A stretch of DNA of 50,751 nt from the sequence record MZ826699.1. One strand, given 5' to 3'. Under the pieces are notes generated by a model, which worked only from the letters and a program-made list of their open reading frames with translations, had not been told where the DNA came from and did no database searches. Below, one piece after another: positions 36,976 through 47,410 of this stretch (within the stretch, counting starts at the first letter, position 1; every line of letters begins with the position of its first letter). This DNA is from Escherichia phage P817. The translations under genes and the position numbers were made by a program.

Positions 36976-37718
36976 TGGTTTTTCCTGTCAAGTGATGCGA
37001 CCGCGCAGCCGCCGAAATCTAATTCATTTTTGTCGCCAAATCGTAATTTGCAGGCAGTTACCGTTCCTGCGCATACGTCCTGTGATGGATCAGTTACTGG
37101 ATTGTTGTCTTTGTCAAACATCCGGCTTCCATTATAACCGCAACCGCGTCCGCTCCGATACCATCCACGCTGCGCCCAAAAGCAAACACTCTGAGTAACT
37201 CGCGGCGGGATCATAATGCCATCCATATCGTATGGTGATGTCAGGTCGAATCGCGCAAGGTTCTGATCCACAAAGTTCGGTCGTTCAACGTAGTAAACGT
37301 ATTTTCGGAAGTCACCAGCCGCAACGTTACCTGTGCTGCCGAGCATTTCGCGTGAGGTTATCCAGATAGTCACCTTGGCCTGCATCATGCCGTTGTAGGA
37401 CCGGATAAGCGCCGACACGCGGCTATCAAGGTTTGACAAAGATAGCTGAGGCTTTCCGGCCTTGCCGTTACCATTTAGGTCAATGCCAGAGATGCCGAAA
37501 GGGCGTGCGCCATATTCATTCCCCTGAAAGGTGATTGTTTTTGGCTTGAGGCTTCCGCCTGGTTGTGTCGCTGCGAGAATCTCTTCCGGAGTGAACTGAA
37601 TGTTCTCGTTGTGGAATCGGTAGACCTGCGCGCCGAACTTCGTTCCGTCAACGTCGATTAGCGTCATTATCTCACCAGGGAATAGCCCCTGCAATACGTT
37701 TTCAAACTTAGGTGTCAT
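36972..37718 (-). CDS. minor tail protein (lambda L-like)
   Basis: 248 aa; position between M-like and K-like; Cys cluster near C-terminus. Confidence 0.6.
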   Translation of the reverse strand: MTPKFENVLQGLFPGEIMTLIDVDGTKFGAQVYRFHNENIQFTPEEILAATQPGGSLKPKTITFQGNEYGARPFGISGIDLNGNGKAGKPQLSLSNLDSRVSALIRSYNGMMQAKVTIWITSREMLGSTGNVAAGDFRKYVYYVERPNFVDQNLARFDLTSPYDMDGIMIPPRVTQSVCFWAQRGWYRSGRGCGYNGSRMFDKDNNPVTDPSQDVCAGTVTACKLRFGDKNELDFGGCAVASLDRKNQ

Positions 37719-37760
37719 GGGATTACCTCCAATAAAAAGCCCCCGTTAGGAGGCTTTATT

Positions 37761-38108
37761 CTACACCGCTGTGAAGGCTTCTACAATGGTGCATTTTACG
37801 ACAAGAAGGCCTCGACCGATTGGCTGAGTATTCAGCGTGTCAGGCTTCAATAGGAAGACTCCGATCTTGTCCTCCGGCGGGGTAAAGGCAAAGGCTTTCA
37901 GTCTGTGCGATCGCAAAAATTCGCGCACCTCCTTCCAGTCCTTGCCAACGTAGCTGATTGCGTACTCTCGTCGCTCAGTGTTATAGCCAGACGATGCAAC
38001 CTGGCGGAATCCATTACCAAACTGCACCTGCCTGTCATTGTTGGTGACGGTCATCACACCGCCACCATCCTGAACCTGTACGCACCACTTGAAAACGTCT
38101 AGGGCCAT
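37761..38108 (-). CDS. minor tail protein (lambda M-like)
   Basis: 115 aa directly downstream of tape measure gene. Confidence 0.6.
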   Translation of the reverse strand: MALDVFKWCVQVQDGGGVMTVTNNDRQVQFGNGFRQVASSGYNTERREYAISYVGKDWKEVREFLRSHRLKAFAFTPPEDKIGVFLLKPDTLNTQPIGRGLLVVKCTIVEAFTAV

Positions 38109-38111
38109 TTA

Positions 38112-41021
38112 TTACGCTCCTGCTTTTCCGTTGATGTAATTGTAAACTTCGCCACCCTGTGAGCATGATTCCTGAATCATTTGCTTGAAAATCATTTTCA
38201 CGCCTTGCTCCATACCCTTCGGATCGCTACCGTTATTGATGCTAACAGGGATGCTTCCAATTGTCACGCCGCCAGCCATGATTGCACCGCTGCCGCCACC
38301 GCTTGAAGTTCCACCAACCATCCCGCCATTCGCATAACCTCGCATCATTCGATAAAGGTTATCGACGCCAATTCGCTTGGTGGCTTCCTTGGTCATGACA
38401 AATTCGCCCTTATGAACTGTGCCTGCTGGCTCATATTTTCCACCGTCTCCGGTATAGCCGCCAGTGGCGAACCAACCTGAGTTAGCGAAGGAGAACCCCT
38501 TGCCGCTGCCTCCGCCCATCATTCCTGATAGTGAGTTAAAGATTACCATCTGCGTGATCATCTTAATGATCTGGCTGATAATGCTTTTTGCAAAGTCTGC
38601 AAAGTTGGCCTGCCCCGTCATCAAGAACTCAGTCATCATGTCTGTCAAACCGTTCAGGGCGTTACTTGCGATATTTTCTACGTTTCCGTACATATCCATA
38701 GCACTCTCGCCGTAGTCCGCAAATGCTTTCTGCGCCCCAGCAAGCCAGTCTCCGCGCTTCTCATCCTCGTTGGCGTAATACTCGTTCTGCTTGTCAATCA
38801 TTTTCTTGAGCGCTTCATCATCCTGACCGCCGCCCTTAGCCATGTACTCCGCTCGGATCTTCTCAAGCTGAATCTGGCGCTCTGCCTCAAGTGTACCCAT
38901 GGCGCGCGTGGCGTTAAGGCTTTTGCTCGCTGCGTCAATCTGCATGATGAACTTCATTGAGTCGTCATTCAGTTTGTTGATCTGCTCCTGCTTAACAATC
39001 TGATCACCAAGCTCTGCCTTTTCCTTCGCCAACGAGAGCACCTTTTGCTGACTGGCAAGCAATGCTTTTTCCTCGTTGGTCAGCTTACGCTTACTCTGTG
39101 CATCCTGGAGGATTGAAATCTGAGCCTCAGTAGCCCACAAAGCACGGCGCTGGCTTGAGATCTTGTCGTTAATCGACTTGTGATCTTCCAAAACTTTAAG
39201 CTGAGCTTTGAGAACGTAAAGTTCTTTATCAAGCTGCTCGGTAGCGCCCTTGGTTACTGCGCCGTTGCTCTTAGTTTTCTTCCGGTTCTTTTCCTCAATT
39301 TCTTTAGCTTCCTTCGCTACGGCTTCCTTTGTTTCCTTGGCGTATTGCTTCTCAAGATCACGTCGGCCCTTAAGCGCATTGATGTAACCCATCTCGCCCT
39401 TTTCGACTCGCGCGTTAATAACATCCAGATCTTTTGCAAGGCTGTCGTAGGTGTCCTTGGAGTTCTTAACGATAGTCTGCTGTTCGTTGAGAATATCCTT
39501 ACCGAAATCACTCATACCTGGCAGGCTTTGCGTGGCCTTGATTGCAGAGGCGATAAAGTTAGAAATGTATTCGTCACCCTTGGCGAGAATCATTTTAACC
39601 TGAATCACCGTGCCGCTAACCACATCAATGATGAGGTTTAGAGCACCAAGCGTATGATCTCCAACCCACCCCCAGGCGTCTGATGACCATTTCTTAATGT
39701 CATTCCACATCTTTTCAAGCGGCGTTGCAGTACCTGCAATCTTGCTCATGCGTTCTTCCATGGTGTCGGCAAACAGCTTGGTCGCCTCCGTCACAGCTTC
39801 GGTTTCGCCCTTGGCTTTAACAATCCCGTTAATGTAGGTCAATTGACCTTTCTCAAGGAAGTTGTATTGCTCGTTCAGCTTCGCCAGTCCTTTTACCGGA
39901 TCATCTGCAATCTTGCCGAAGTCACTGATAATATCGCTCGTCGCTCGACCCGTTGCGGCTGACCATTCAGCGGTAGCGCGGGTAATATTCCTGATTTGGT
40001 CCTGAGTGTACTTACCACTTTTCGCAAGCTCAGTAGCAATTTCTCGCACAGATCCGATAGTCGCGTTGCTGGTATCCGCAATTTTGTTTGCAATCTGGTC
40101 AAGGTCCGCCGCGCTCGCCGCTGCAAATCCGCCAGTCTCAATCAAGGCGTTTTTCATATCTGTGATGGAGCGGTAGGAGTCGTAACCAGCTTTAGCAAGG
40201 CCAGCAAGTGCGATACCCATAGCGCCCATACCAACCGTTACCGGATTAAGGTAAGAAAGCAAAACTTTAAACGTATTCCCAACACCGCCGAACGAATCCT
40301 TGATCTGCCCGCCCTGCTGGATTGCAACCAGCCATACAGGCATACCGGAAGCAAGGGAGGTAACAACGTCAGTGATCTGCATTGGCAAGATGCGCAGCGC
40401 GTTCTTGTACTCGCCAGCGGAAAGGCCAGCCGCATTTGTCGCTACAGTCTGCTTGTTCATCGCTGCAATTAAAGGTGCGGCCTGAGTCGATACGCCAAGC
40501 TGTGCCGCCTTCAATTCGAGAAGCTCAGTCTTGGTCATTGTCGCAGCGTTAGCTTGTTCTTGCAGTGATTTAAGGAACCTGTCAGCGTCCTTTGTTGCCG
40601 CCTCTTTGGCTTTTGAGTTAGCCATAGCCGCACGGCCCTCTTCGGTCAGCGCCATCTTGGATCGGTTAAGCGCATTGATCTGAGTTTCAATCATGCTTGA
40701 CAGATTGAAGAACTCGGCGTCTGGAACGAGGCCTTTACTCCAGAGGTTATCCAGGTCAACGCTCGCCTTCTGCAACTGGCGCATTTTTCCGATTGTAGGA
40801 TCAATGGCTTTCTCTACGTCGGCAAATTCTTTCTTCTGGCGCTTAACCTCGTTGTTGAACTCTTTCATCTTCTGCTTTGCTACTTGCTCAGCATCAATGA
40901 AATTGTCAAAGCTCTTTCCGGCTGTGTTGTTCGCCCTGGATAAGTCATCCAGAGATTTAACCGCCGCATCAACCTGGGATACGTCAACCCCAAGCGATAG
41001 CCCTGCAAATTTATCTGTCAT
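38112..41021 (-). CDS. tail tape measure protein
   Basis: 969 aa, coiled-coil-rich with Gly-rich C-terminal region; follows G/G-T chaperone. Confidence 0.85.
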   Translation of the reverse strand: MTDKFAGLSLGVDVSQVDAAVKSLDDLSRANNTAGKSFDNFIDAEQVAKQKMKEFNNEVKRQKKEFADVEKAIDPTIGKMRQLQKASVDLDNLWSKGLVPDAEFFNLSSMIETQINALNRSKMALTEEGRAAMANSKAKEAATKDADRFLKSLQEQANAATMTKTELLELKAAQLGVSTQAAPLIAAMNKQTVATNAAGLSAGEYKNALRILPMQITDVVTSLASGMPVWLVAIQQGGQIKDSFGGVGNTFKVLLSYLNPVTVGMGAMGIALAGLAKAGYDSYRSITDMKNALIETGGFAAASAADLDQIANKIADTSNATIGSVREIATELAKSGKYTQDQIRNITRATAEWSAATGRATSDIISDFGKIADDPVKGLAKLNEQYNFLEKGQLTYINGIVKAKGETEAVTEATKLFADTMEERMSKIAGTATPLEKMWNDIKKWSSDAWGWVGDHTLGALNLIIDVVSGTVIQVKMILAKGDEYISNFIASAIKATQSLPGMSDFGKDILNEQQTIVKNSKDTYDSLAKDLDVINARVEKGEMGYINALKGRRDLEKQYAKETKEAVAKEAKEIEEKNRKKTKSNGAVTKGATEQLDKELYVLKAQLKVLEDHKSINDKISSQRRALWATEAQISILQDAQSKRKLTNEEKALLASQQKVLSLAKEKAELGDQIVKQEQINKLNDDSMKFIMQIDAASKSLNATRAMGTLEAERQIQLEKIRAEYMAKGGGQDDEALKKMIDKQNEYYANEDEKRGDWLAGAQKAFADYGESAMDMYGNVENIASNALNGLTDMMTEFLMTGQANFADFAKSIISQIIKMITQMVIFNSLSGMMGGGSGKGFSFANSGWFATGGYTGDGGKYEPAGTVHKGEFVMTKEATKRIGVDNLYRMMRGYANGGMVGGTSSGGGSGAIMAGGVTIGSIPVSINNGSDPKGMEQGVKMIFKQMIQESCSQGGEVYNYINGKAGA

Positions 41022-41057
41022 AAAACCCCCATACGAAAAAAGCGCCCGTAGGCGCTA

Positions 41058-41686
41058 TTATTTTTTGTGCATCTGCTTAAGCGCTTCCGCTTCCATCACA
41101 CGCACATCATTTAAGGCCATTTCTTCACAATCTATTTTATAGATTCGAAATAGCATAGGCAAGACATTATAATCAAGCCCGTAGGCTCCGGCTCCGGCAG
41201 ATCTCCATTGCGTTTGCATCGCGGTGAATACTTCCCATGACTGGTATGTTTCCTCGTCGAACTGCAATATCTCCGGCTCTTCGTTGTCGTAGTCTTCACG
41301 GGTTAATCCGTATGCCTCTAGTTCTGCATCTGTGGGCGTTCGCCTGAATAGTAGTTCGACCGCCCGTTTTAGTTTTTTACTCGGTAGCCAGCCAGTGCTT
41401 GAGTGTAGGTTGAGATCAGGCCACCAACAACGGCAGGGTAACTATCAACCAGCTTGTTAATGTTTTCATCATTGAACTCATCCTCAAGCTCCCACCCGCT
41501 AGCCAGGGATTTTACAAACTGAGCACCAGTCTGATTGCTGGCTTCTTTCAGCGTGGCGTTAAGTTCTGATGACGTTAGCGCCTTGACAGTGAATGAAAAC
41601 GAAGCTTCAACGCCGTTCGGCAATACGAATTTAACCGGAAGCGGGAAGTCTGGCAGGCGTTCAGATAGGGTTACTTTAAAGCTCAT
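41058..41686 (-). CDS. tail assembly chaperone G-T fusion produced by -1 frameshift
   Basis: Frame of ORF 41058..41267 stays open back to slippery heptamer A AAA AAC at the 3' end of G ORF. Confidence 0.6.
41369..41686 (-). CDS. tail assembly chaperone (lambda G-like)
   Basis: 105 aa between major tail and tape measure; ends ...RVKN at slippery site. Confidence 0.65.
   Translation of the reverse strand: MSFKVTLSERLPDFPLPVKFVLPNGVEASFSFTVKALTSSELNATLKEASNQTGAQFVKSLASGWELEDEFNDENINKLVDSYPAVVGGLISTYTQALAGYRVKN
41372..41378 (-). promoter_or_regulatory. -1 programmed ribosomal frameshift slippery heptamer A AAA AAC
   Basis: Canonical X XXY YYZ heptamer overlapping last codons of G ORF. Confidence 0.6.
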
Positions 41687-41726
41687 GGTTTTTTCCTCTT
41701 TGTTTGAATTGGTGATATTAAATCAC

Positions 41727-41753
41727 AAATAGAAAAAGGGGGCAATAGCCCCC
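41727..41753 (-). terminator. intrinsic terminator (GGGGGC-TATT-GCCCCC + T5) after major tail gene
   Basis: Perfect 6-bp GC stem plus U-tract. Confidence 0.65.
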
Positions 41754-41758
41754 TTGCA

Positions 41759-42430
41759 TTACTCAGATTCTTTCATGTGCGTGTATTTGCCATCAAGCGA
41801 GATGGTCAGGATGGTCGTTTCATCTTCGTTCATCACCGTGTTAGGGATGTCATCGAAAGATGGCGTGCCAGAGAAGGTGCGAATCGGATAGCTTGCCTTC
41901 GGTACAAACATTCGCATAGCGCGCGTCTTGCCGTCTTCGTCGTAACCAATCAGAAGCTGCGTGATTGGGTTGGAGTAGTCGAAGTCGAACGTATACGCGA
42001 TGGACGTCGCAGATTTAAAGGTCGGGATCTGCTTTTCACGGTCATCTGAAAGGCACTGCTTGGTATAGAACTGCTGCTCGCCACCAGATTTTGCGATGTC
42101 GCTCACGCATGGAATCTCAATCCAGCTTTCGATCTTAACGAAGGTGGAGGCGCCGCCAGCGGGGAACTTGTTAAGGTCAGCCGTGGAAGTGTTCTTGTCT
42201 CCTTCAAGCGTGATTGATGTGTCGCTAACCACTTCTTTTACGCGCATTACGCGGTTTTTAAATGCAGCCCATACGCTTTCAAGCACCAGGACGTAATCGC
42301 CTTTCACAATGCCAGTGGTTGACGCAACAGTCGCCACCGGATTTTCCGCGTTACTCACTGCGGTTGCTTCGATTTCGGTGGCTGCTCGGGTCTGCTCAAT
42401 AAAGATTTGGGAACCGTTAGGAAGTGCCAT
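41759..42430 (-). CDS. major tail (tube) protein
   Basis: 223 aa; directly upstream of chaperone/tape measure; followed by strong terminator. Confidence 0.7.
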   Translation of the reverse strand: MALPNGSQIFIEQTRAATEIEATAVSNAENPVATVASTTGIVKGDYVLVLESVWAAFKNRVMRVKEVVSDTSITLEGDKNTSTADLNKFPAGGASTFVKIESWIEIPCVSDIAKSGGEQQFYTKQCLSDDREKQIPTFKSATSIAYTFDFDYSNPITQLLIGYDEDGKTRAMRMFVPKASYPIRTFSGTPSFDDIPNTVMNEDETTILTISLDGKYTHMKESE

Positions 42431-42443
42431 AGTTAATGCTCCT

Positions 42444-42863
42444 TTATTCGTCGTATTGTACTGTGAAGCGGATTGGAATTAACCAGCCTCTTTGGGATTT
42501 CTGCACGGGCTTTTGGCTCGCGCCTTCAAAAATAAAACCTACAGAAAGGATTTTACCATCTTCGAAGAAATTAGCAATTTCTTTTGCGAGCTTGCGCGCG
42601 TCGTCCATGCCAGTATCAGGCGAGAACACGATGCCAATCTGTACGAGTCCACGGATCCTGATACACTTCCGGCTCAGAGACTTATACGTCTTCTCTGCCG
42701 GAATGTAATCAAACTTCAACCACGTAGAGCCATCATCAGGCTCGGTGAATGACACGTTCTCATACATGATCGGGAATCGACTACCAAACTCACCATAAAG
42801 CGCCTTGCGCGACGCGACCGCCAGGTCATAATCGTCATAAACCATTTTTATTCCTTGATTCAA
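42444..42863 (-). CDS. putative tail terminator protein
   Basis: Position immediately upstream of major tail gene. Confidence 0.4.
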   Translation of the reverse strand: MNQGIKMVYDDYDLAVASRKALYGEFGSRFPIMYENVSFTEPDDGSTWLKFDYIPAEKTYKSLSRKCIRIRGLVQIGIVFSPDTGMDDARKLAKEIANFFEDGKILSVGFIFEGASQKPVQKSQRGWLIPIRFTVQYDE

Positions 42864-43278
42864 TGATTGCTTCTGCCATGTAAGATCTCAACCGGATAGC
42901 CACTAGACCAAGCACACCAGCGGGAGCTTGCTGTGAATGTCCGTACTCCAGAGCATTTGCATAGATCAGCATGTTAGAAAAATAGATGGTAGTTACCGCG
43001 CCGCCACGACCTAACGGCAATGCGTTAGCAGTTCGTATGCCAGCGGCGATGGTAGCGTTACCGGATTTGTCATACTCATTCAGTGCGTACATTGGAATGT
43101 GATTATAGGTTATCTGCCAGTTGGCTCTAAATCGTCCTGTATCGACTGGAGAGCCTTTAACTAAATCGGCGTGCACAGCCTTGACGAACTCACGAATAAC
43201 GTCATCAAGGCCCGATTTAACCTGCTTAATCCACTTCTCTATATCGCCTTGGAATTTCCTGACGATATAGTTAGCCAT
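42835..43278 (-). CDS. putative neck / tail completion protein (start adjusted to MANYIVRKF)
   Basis: Position in connector gene string. Confidence 0.35.
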   Translation of the reverse strand: MANYIVRKFQGDIEKWIKQVKSGLDDVIREFVKAVHADLVKGSPVDTGRFRANWQITYNHIPMYALNEYDKSGNATIAAGIRTANALPLGRGGAVTTIYFSNMLIYANALEYGHSQQAPAGVLGLVAIRLRSYMAEAIIESRNKNGL

Positions 43279-43651
43279 GTGCCGCCACCTTACGCAAGAT
43301 CGGACGGTATGCGATAACGTGAGATTGAGTCGGGTTAACTGGTCTATTGTCAACGACTCGCCAGTGCTGGCCCTCAAGGATGATAATCATCCCGTTCTCA
43401 ATCGGCGTGACGTTAGAGAAGAATGCGCGCTTGTCTCCCAGCCTGATAGATTCGCCATCAATCATGTGATAACTGATCGCTCGTACAGCGCCGAAAACTT
43501 TGCCGAGAACCTCCGGTACTTTCACCTCTTCACCGTCAACCATTTGGACGCCACCACCAGAGATGATGATGTCGAATCCGACCTCATCGTTTCCAGAGAA
43601 GGCATTAATCCCCTGATCGGTAAGCCTTTGGACTTCGTTATAATCAATCAT
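43271..43651 (-). CDS. putative head closure / head-tail joining protein (start adjusted to MIDYNEV)
   Basis: Position; ATGA overlap with upstream ORF. Confidence 0.35.
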   Translation of the reverse strand: MIDYNEVQRLTDQGINAFSGNDEVGFDIIISGGGVQMVDGEEVKVPEVLGKVFGAVRAISYHMIDGESIRLGDKRAFFSNVTPIENGMIIILEGQHWRVVDNRPVNPTQSHVIAYRPILRKVAAHG

Positions 43652-44061
43652 CGCACACACCCCCGCGCCCGAATACCAGAGATAAGGCCGAAGCCGCCGC
43701 CTTTCTTCTTGTTGAGAACGTCGTACATTTTGCCCCATGGGGTTTGTGTAATCTGACGCCCATCAGTGTTCTGAGTTACAGATCCGTAGCCAGTCGAAAA
43801 TTCACCGCTCAGGGAGAATGACGTTACTCGCCGTGAGTAGTTCTCCAGACTTTCATTCTCTCCCTTCATTGCACCATCCAAAAACATCAAGTGCATGGTG
43901 TACAGGGCCAGTGCTTTGTAATAGTCAGCACCGAATTTATTATTGCACACGAATGACTCAGCCAGCATCATCCAAGCTAGGAAGGTGACGCTATCAACCT
44001 TTCGTAATGCTGGGGCCAGCTGGCACATAAATTCGAACGCCTTAGTCTGATCTTCATTCAT
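43648..44061 (-). CDS. putative head-tail adaptor
   Basis: 137 aa; position after capsid gene. Confidence 0.35.
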   Translation of the reverse strand: MNEDQTKAFEFMCQLAPALRKVDSVTFLAWMMLAESFVCNNKFGADYYKALALYTMHLMFLDGAMKGENESLENYSRRVTSFSLSGEFSTGYGSVTQNTDGRQITQTPWGKMYDVLNKKKGGGFGLISGIRARGCVR

Positions 44062-44110
44062 AGTAGCTTCCTCATGTTAAAAAAAAGGGACGCATCAGCG
44101 CCCCTATAGG

Positions 44111-44383
44111 TTATTTGTATTCCTTGCCAGTTTCAAGATCTTCAATATCTTTCAATTCTTTTTCCGGCTTAACCTTCGCGGCCTTTTTGATTTCAGCGAT
44201 GTACTCACGCGTGCGCTTCGGATCATCGTCAAATTCAATGTTCTTGCGTAAGAATAGGTATTTAAACGCCTGGGATTTGATTTGCTCCTCTGTTACCTCC
44301 AGAGTGTCATCAGGTTTCAAATCTTGCTTTTCGATACGAACCAGACAAGCGCCGATGTTCTTAATGACGTTTTTCTTAGCCAT
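44111..44383 (-). CDS. hypothetical protein (head-associated)
   Basis: 90 aa, Lys/Glu-rich. Confidence 0.4.
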   Translation of the reverse strand: MAKKNVIKNIGACLVRIEKQDLKPDDTLEVTEEQIKSQAFKYLFLRKNIEFDDDPKRTREYIAEIKKAAKVKPEKELKDIEDLETGKEYK

Positions 44384-44458
44384 GTTTATTTCCTTTTGAT
44401 TAGTTTAACGAGTGTATTGCCTAGGTGTTCAATGTAATTGTTTTAATGTTGCATGTCA

Positions 44459-44489
44459 ATAAAAAAAGCCCCTGACGTTAATCAGAGGC
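44459..44489 (-). terminator. intrinsic terminator (GCCTCTGA-TTAACG-TCAGGGGC + T7) after major capsid gene
   Basis: Stem-loop plus U-tract on minus strand. Confidence 0.6.
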
Positions 44490-44495
44490 TCAGTA

Positions 44496-45455
44496 TTACG
44501 CGGTAGCTTTCAGGCCAACCAGCATGATAATCGTCAGCGGACGATATACGATCAGACCAGTGGTCTTGGAGGTGCACGGGACTTTAAAGTGCAAATCCTT
44601 CGCCTGCATCGGCAGCATGTTGAAAGGCTCAGGAATCTCGATGCTCATGTTCATCGGGTCTTTCTCATACGCCAGTACAGCTTTAGTGCCTGCGCCGTCG
44701 ATGTCTTCCAGTTCGGAGATGGAAGAGATGGTGATGCCACCGTTCTGAGACTTGAACCAGTCCAGATAACTCATCGTGGTTTCCGGCATACGCTTAGCGA
44801 GCAATTTACGCTGAGACGGCGGGATAACGATGTCGGTGATCTTGTGCTGACCATTGGTCAGGGTTTCCATCTTCTCGATCAGGTCGGTCAGTTCTTCGCT
44901 TGCTTTCTCTGCATCGCCCCACGCGCCAGCAACAGAAGTCACACGGGTAATGTTCGGATGGTCGAAAACAGAGATGATTTTGTGAGGCTTGGAGCCTTTG
45001 AAAACCAACTGGTTAACAAGTGTTTCGTGACCTTCACGCGCCAGAGTCGCTTTACGATCTGACAAACTTGAACCCAGCGCTTCACCATTTTTGATCTCGT
45101 CGATAGAAATCAGCCACGCGTTACCGAGGCGGTGAACTCGACCAGATTCCAGGCTGTGAGTAGCGTCAACAGTCGGCAGGTCGTCGGTGTAGTCAGCGAT
45201 AATCTTCGCCATGGTCACGCCGTCAAACTTGAGATATTCGAACAGGTTAGCGGTCGGGCTAATCTCAGTAGTTACAGGGAACAGAGCCAGAGCGGAAGTC
45301 TCAGGGTAAGCCGCTTCATACTGGCGCTTAAGCAACTGAGTCATCTGTTTAACGGTCCAGATGCCAAGCTGGTCGGCCTTGTTGCCGCTAACGCCAATCT
45401 GGCGCATACCAGTAGTGATCATGTTCTGTTCGAAAGAGTCGAGTTTCATAGTCAT
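44496..45455 (-). CDS. major capsid protein
   Basis: 319 aa; downstream of scaffold/decoration genes; followed by terminator. Confidence 0.7.
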   Translation of the reverse strand: MTMKLDSFEQNMITTGMRQIGVSGNKADQLGIWTVKQMTQLLKRQYEAAYPETSALALFPVTTEISPTANLFEYLKFDGVTMAKIIADYTDDLPTVDATHSLESGRVHRLGNAWLISIDEIKNGEALGSSLSDRKATLAREGHETLVNQLVFKGSKPHKIISVFDHPNITRVTSVAGAWGDAEKASEELTDLIEKMETLTNGQHKITDIVIPPSQRKLLAKRMPETTMSYLDWFKSQNGGITISSISELEDIDGAGTKAVLAYEKDPMNMSIEIPEPFNMLPMQAKDLHFKVPCTSKTTGLIVYRPLTIIMLVGLKATA

Positions 45456-45545
45456 AATTTGTTCCTTTTGGTTTAGAAAGACGTGATTAAGTTCACGAGT
45501 CTATAATAGCATTTTTTGTTAAGCGCGCAATAGATTTTTATGCAT

Positions 45546-45566
45546 TAAAAAAGGGGCCGAAGCCCC
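45546..45566 (-). terminator. intrinsic terminator (GGGGC-TTCG-GCCCC + T6)
   Basis: Perfect GC stem plus U-tract on minus strand. Confidence 0.6.
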
Positions 45567-45575
45567 GTATTTTAA

Positions 45576-46187
45576 TTAAGCCGCCGCGCCAGGGTCGCCC
45601 TTGTCACCTTTTGGACCTTGAGGACCAGTGTCACCTTTATCGCCTTTCGGACCTTGAGGGCCAGTGTCACCTTTCGCACCTTGAGGACCAACAACGGGAG
45701 CACCAGCAGATTGAAGCAACTGAATCTGAACGAGATCATATGTAGCATTATCAGATGATAACTTCTGACCAGTAAATTTATAACCAGTTGCAATATCGCC
45801 ATCTCGAGCAACTACGCCATCTGAGTTAAACAATACCTGCTTGCCGTAAGAGTAATCGTCATCAAGTAAACCAGCCTTAACGACAGGAACCCATACGCGA
45901 CCATGTGTAAGAACGTTTACAGCAATTCCGTCTTCATATTCACCACTTGCAGAGTATGCGTGACTCATAACTGAAACGCCAATCAATGGTAGAGAACTGT
46001 CAGTAGCAACCTTGACTACTTTGTGCCCGTCAACGGCTTGTACTTCACTCACTGCGAGAAGTCGCCCGACAGGGATTGAACCATCAGCAGCGCAAGCCCC
46101 GTCAACATTGTAAAGGGAGGTGTCTGCGATTTGACCAGCATACGCTTTAGCGCGATGTACGGTGTAAGAAGCTTTGATTAGTGCCAT
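45576..46187 (-). CDS. putative head decoration/cement protein with C-terminal collagen-like (Gly-X-Y)n tail
   Basis: Position between scaffold and capsid genes; C-terminus GPQGAKGDTGPQGPKGDKGDTGPQGPKGDKGDPG. Confidence 0.45.
   Translation of the reverse strand: MALIKASYTVHRAKAYAGQIADTSLYNVDGACAADGSIPVGRLLAVSEVQAVDGHKVVKVATDSSLPLIGVSVMSHAYSASGEYEDGIAVNVLTHGRVWVPVVKAGLLDDDYSYGKQVLFNSDGVVARDGDIATGYKFTGQKLSSDNATYDLVQIQLLQSAGAPVVGPQGAKGDTGPQGPKGDKGDTGPQGPKGDKGDPGAAA
45579..45700 (-). repeat. tandem DNA repeats encoding collagen-like Gly-X-Y triplets
   Basis: Repeated ggaccttgagg/ccagtgtcacc units of about 30 bp. Confidence 0.7.
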
Positions 46188-46240
46188 GATATTTTTCCTT
46201 TTTCACTTAGAGATTAAGCGGCCTTTCGACCGCCATTTTA

Positions 46241-47356
46241 TTACTTACGGAAGCGCGCCTGTGGATCAGGAATCGCATCATCATCTTTGCCGCCTTGAGC
46301 GCCATCAGCTTTGTCGCCGTGCACTTTAATGCGTTGAGCAGCCATCTTATCAGAATCGCGTGCGATTTCATAAGACTGATTGATGTATGCGTCGGATTTT
46401 TCTTTCGCGTCAATGCCGAGAACTTCGTCAATGACTGCCAGCTTGATGGCTTTCTCGTCAAGGCCGTCGCACTTGATACCCATGCCGGAAGCTAATGCGA
46501 TAACAGCGCCAAGCTCGTCAGCTTTTTCTTTTGCTTCTGCCAGGGCCGCTTCGATCTGAGCTGGAATGCCATCAACCTTTGCTTTCAGCGCATCACGCTC
46601 AGCTTGCAGGCCATCGACTTTAGCACCAGCTTGCTCTGCTGCGGTTTGCAGTTTGCCGATGTGTTCAGCTACGTCTTTTGACACTTCCACTTCTGCTGAA
46701 TCAATTTTAATTTTTACGGTCATGTTACTTTCCTCATTGGTTAATTGAACATGCTCATCATATTTAATTTCTTCTGAGCCGTCAAGATTTAATCTGGCAA
46801 CACCAGCTCGACCCTTGCTAACAAGTGCGACGTGATTAACCCTAATTTTTGTCTGTAGAACGTCAAACTCTACCCAGTCATCTGGGATGCTAATATCAGG
46901 CCCAACGTCGTCTTTGAAAATATATTCACCAGATGCATTTGAACCCCAACCTTCCCTGTGAATCTCAATAACTGTGTATCCTACTGACAACTCTCTAGCC
47001 CTGCCGCTCTCAGCAGCAGCAATTGCATCGGAGTCCATTATGGTGATCGGGCACATTACCTTGCCCTCACCTCTATCAGCAAAAGCCTCTCCAGAACAAT
47101 TACCCACAACAACATCTTTTGCGTTATCTGGAGTTACCGTTACGTGCCCAAGTGTTATTGGCTTCCCTCTGTAACTAGTCAGTGAGTCTATATCAAAAAC
47201 CTCACTTCCTGGCCTGAACTCCCTCTGTGTTGAGCCATCTGCTAACGTATACTCCTGTAAGCCAACCCTTGCAACTACTGGGACATCAAAAATAAATCCA
47301 TTCTCATCCTTTATCGCCTTAAATAACAGGTAATCAAACCTTTGCTTAGCTTTCAT
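46241..47356 (-). CDS. prohead protease / scaffolding protein (putative fusion)
   Basis: 371 aa; C-terminal Ala/Lys/Glu-rich coiled-coil-like region; position between head morphogenesis and capsid genes. Confidence 0.5.
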   Translation of the reverse strand: MKAKQRFDYLLFKAIKDENGFIFDVPVVARVGLQEYTLADGSTQREFRPGSEVFDIDSLTSYRGKPITLGHVTVTPDNAKDVVVGNCSGEAFADRGEGKVMCPITIMDSDAIAAAESGRARELSVGYTVIEIHREGWGSNASGEYIFKDDVGPDISIPDDWVEFDVLQTKIRVNHVALVSKGRAGVARLNLDGSEEIKYDEHVQLTNEESNMTVKIKIDSAEVEVSKDVAEHIGKLQTAAEQAGAKVDGLQAERDALKAKVDGIPAQIEAALAEAKEKADELGAVIALASGMGIKCDGLDEKAIKLAVIDEVLGIDAKEKSDAYINQSYEIARDSDKMAAQRIKVHGDKADGAQGGKDDDAIPDPQARFRK

Positions 47357-47410
47357 ATACTAACCCTCTCCAAATCCAGTTAATTTAAACATCCCAATTT
47401 TCCTCATTAA

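Noticed and set aside
45572-45811. ORF 45572..45811 (-), 79 aa, overlapping the collagen-like region
   Set aside because: Alternative frame of the Gly-X-Y repeat DNA within the decoration gene; repeat-driven.
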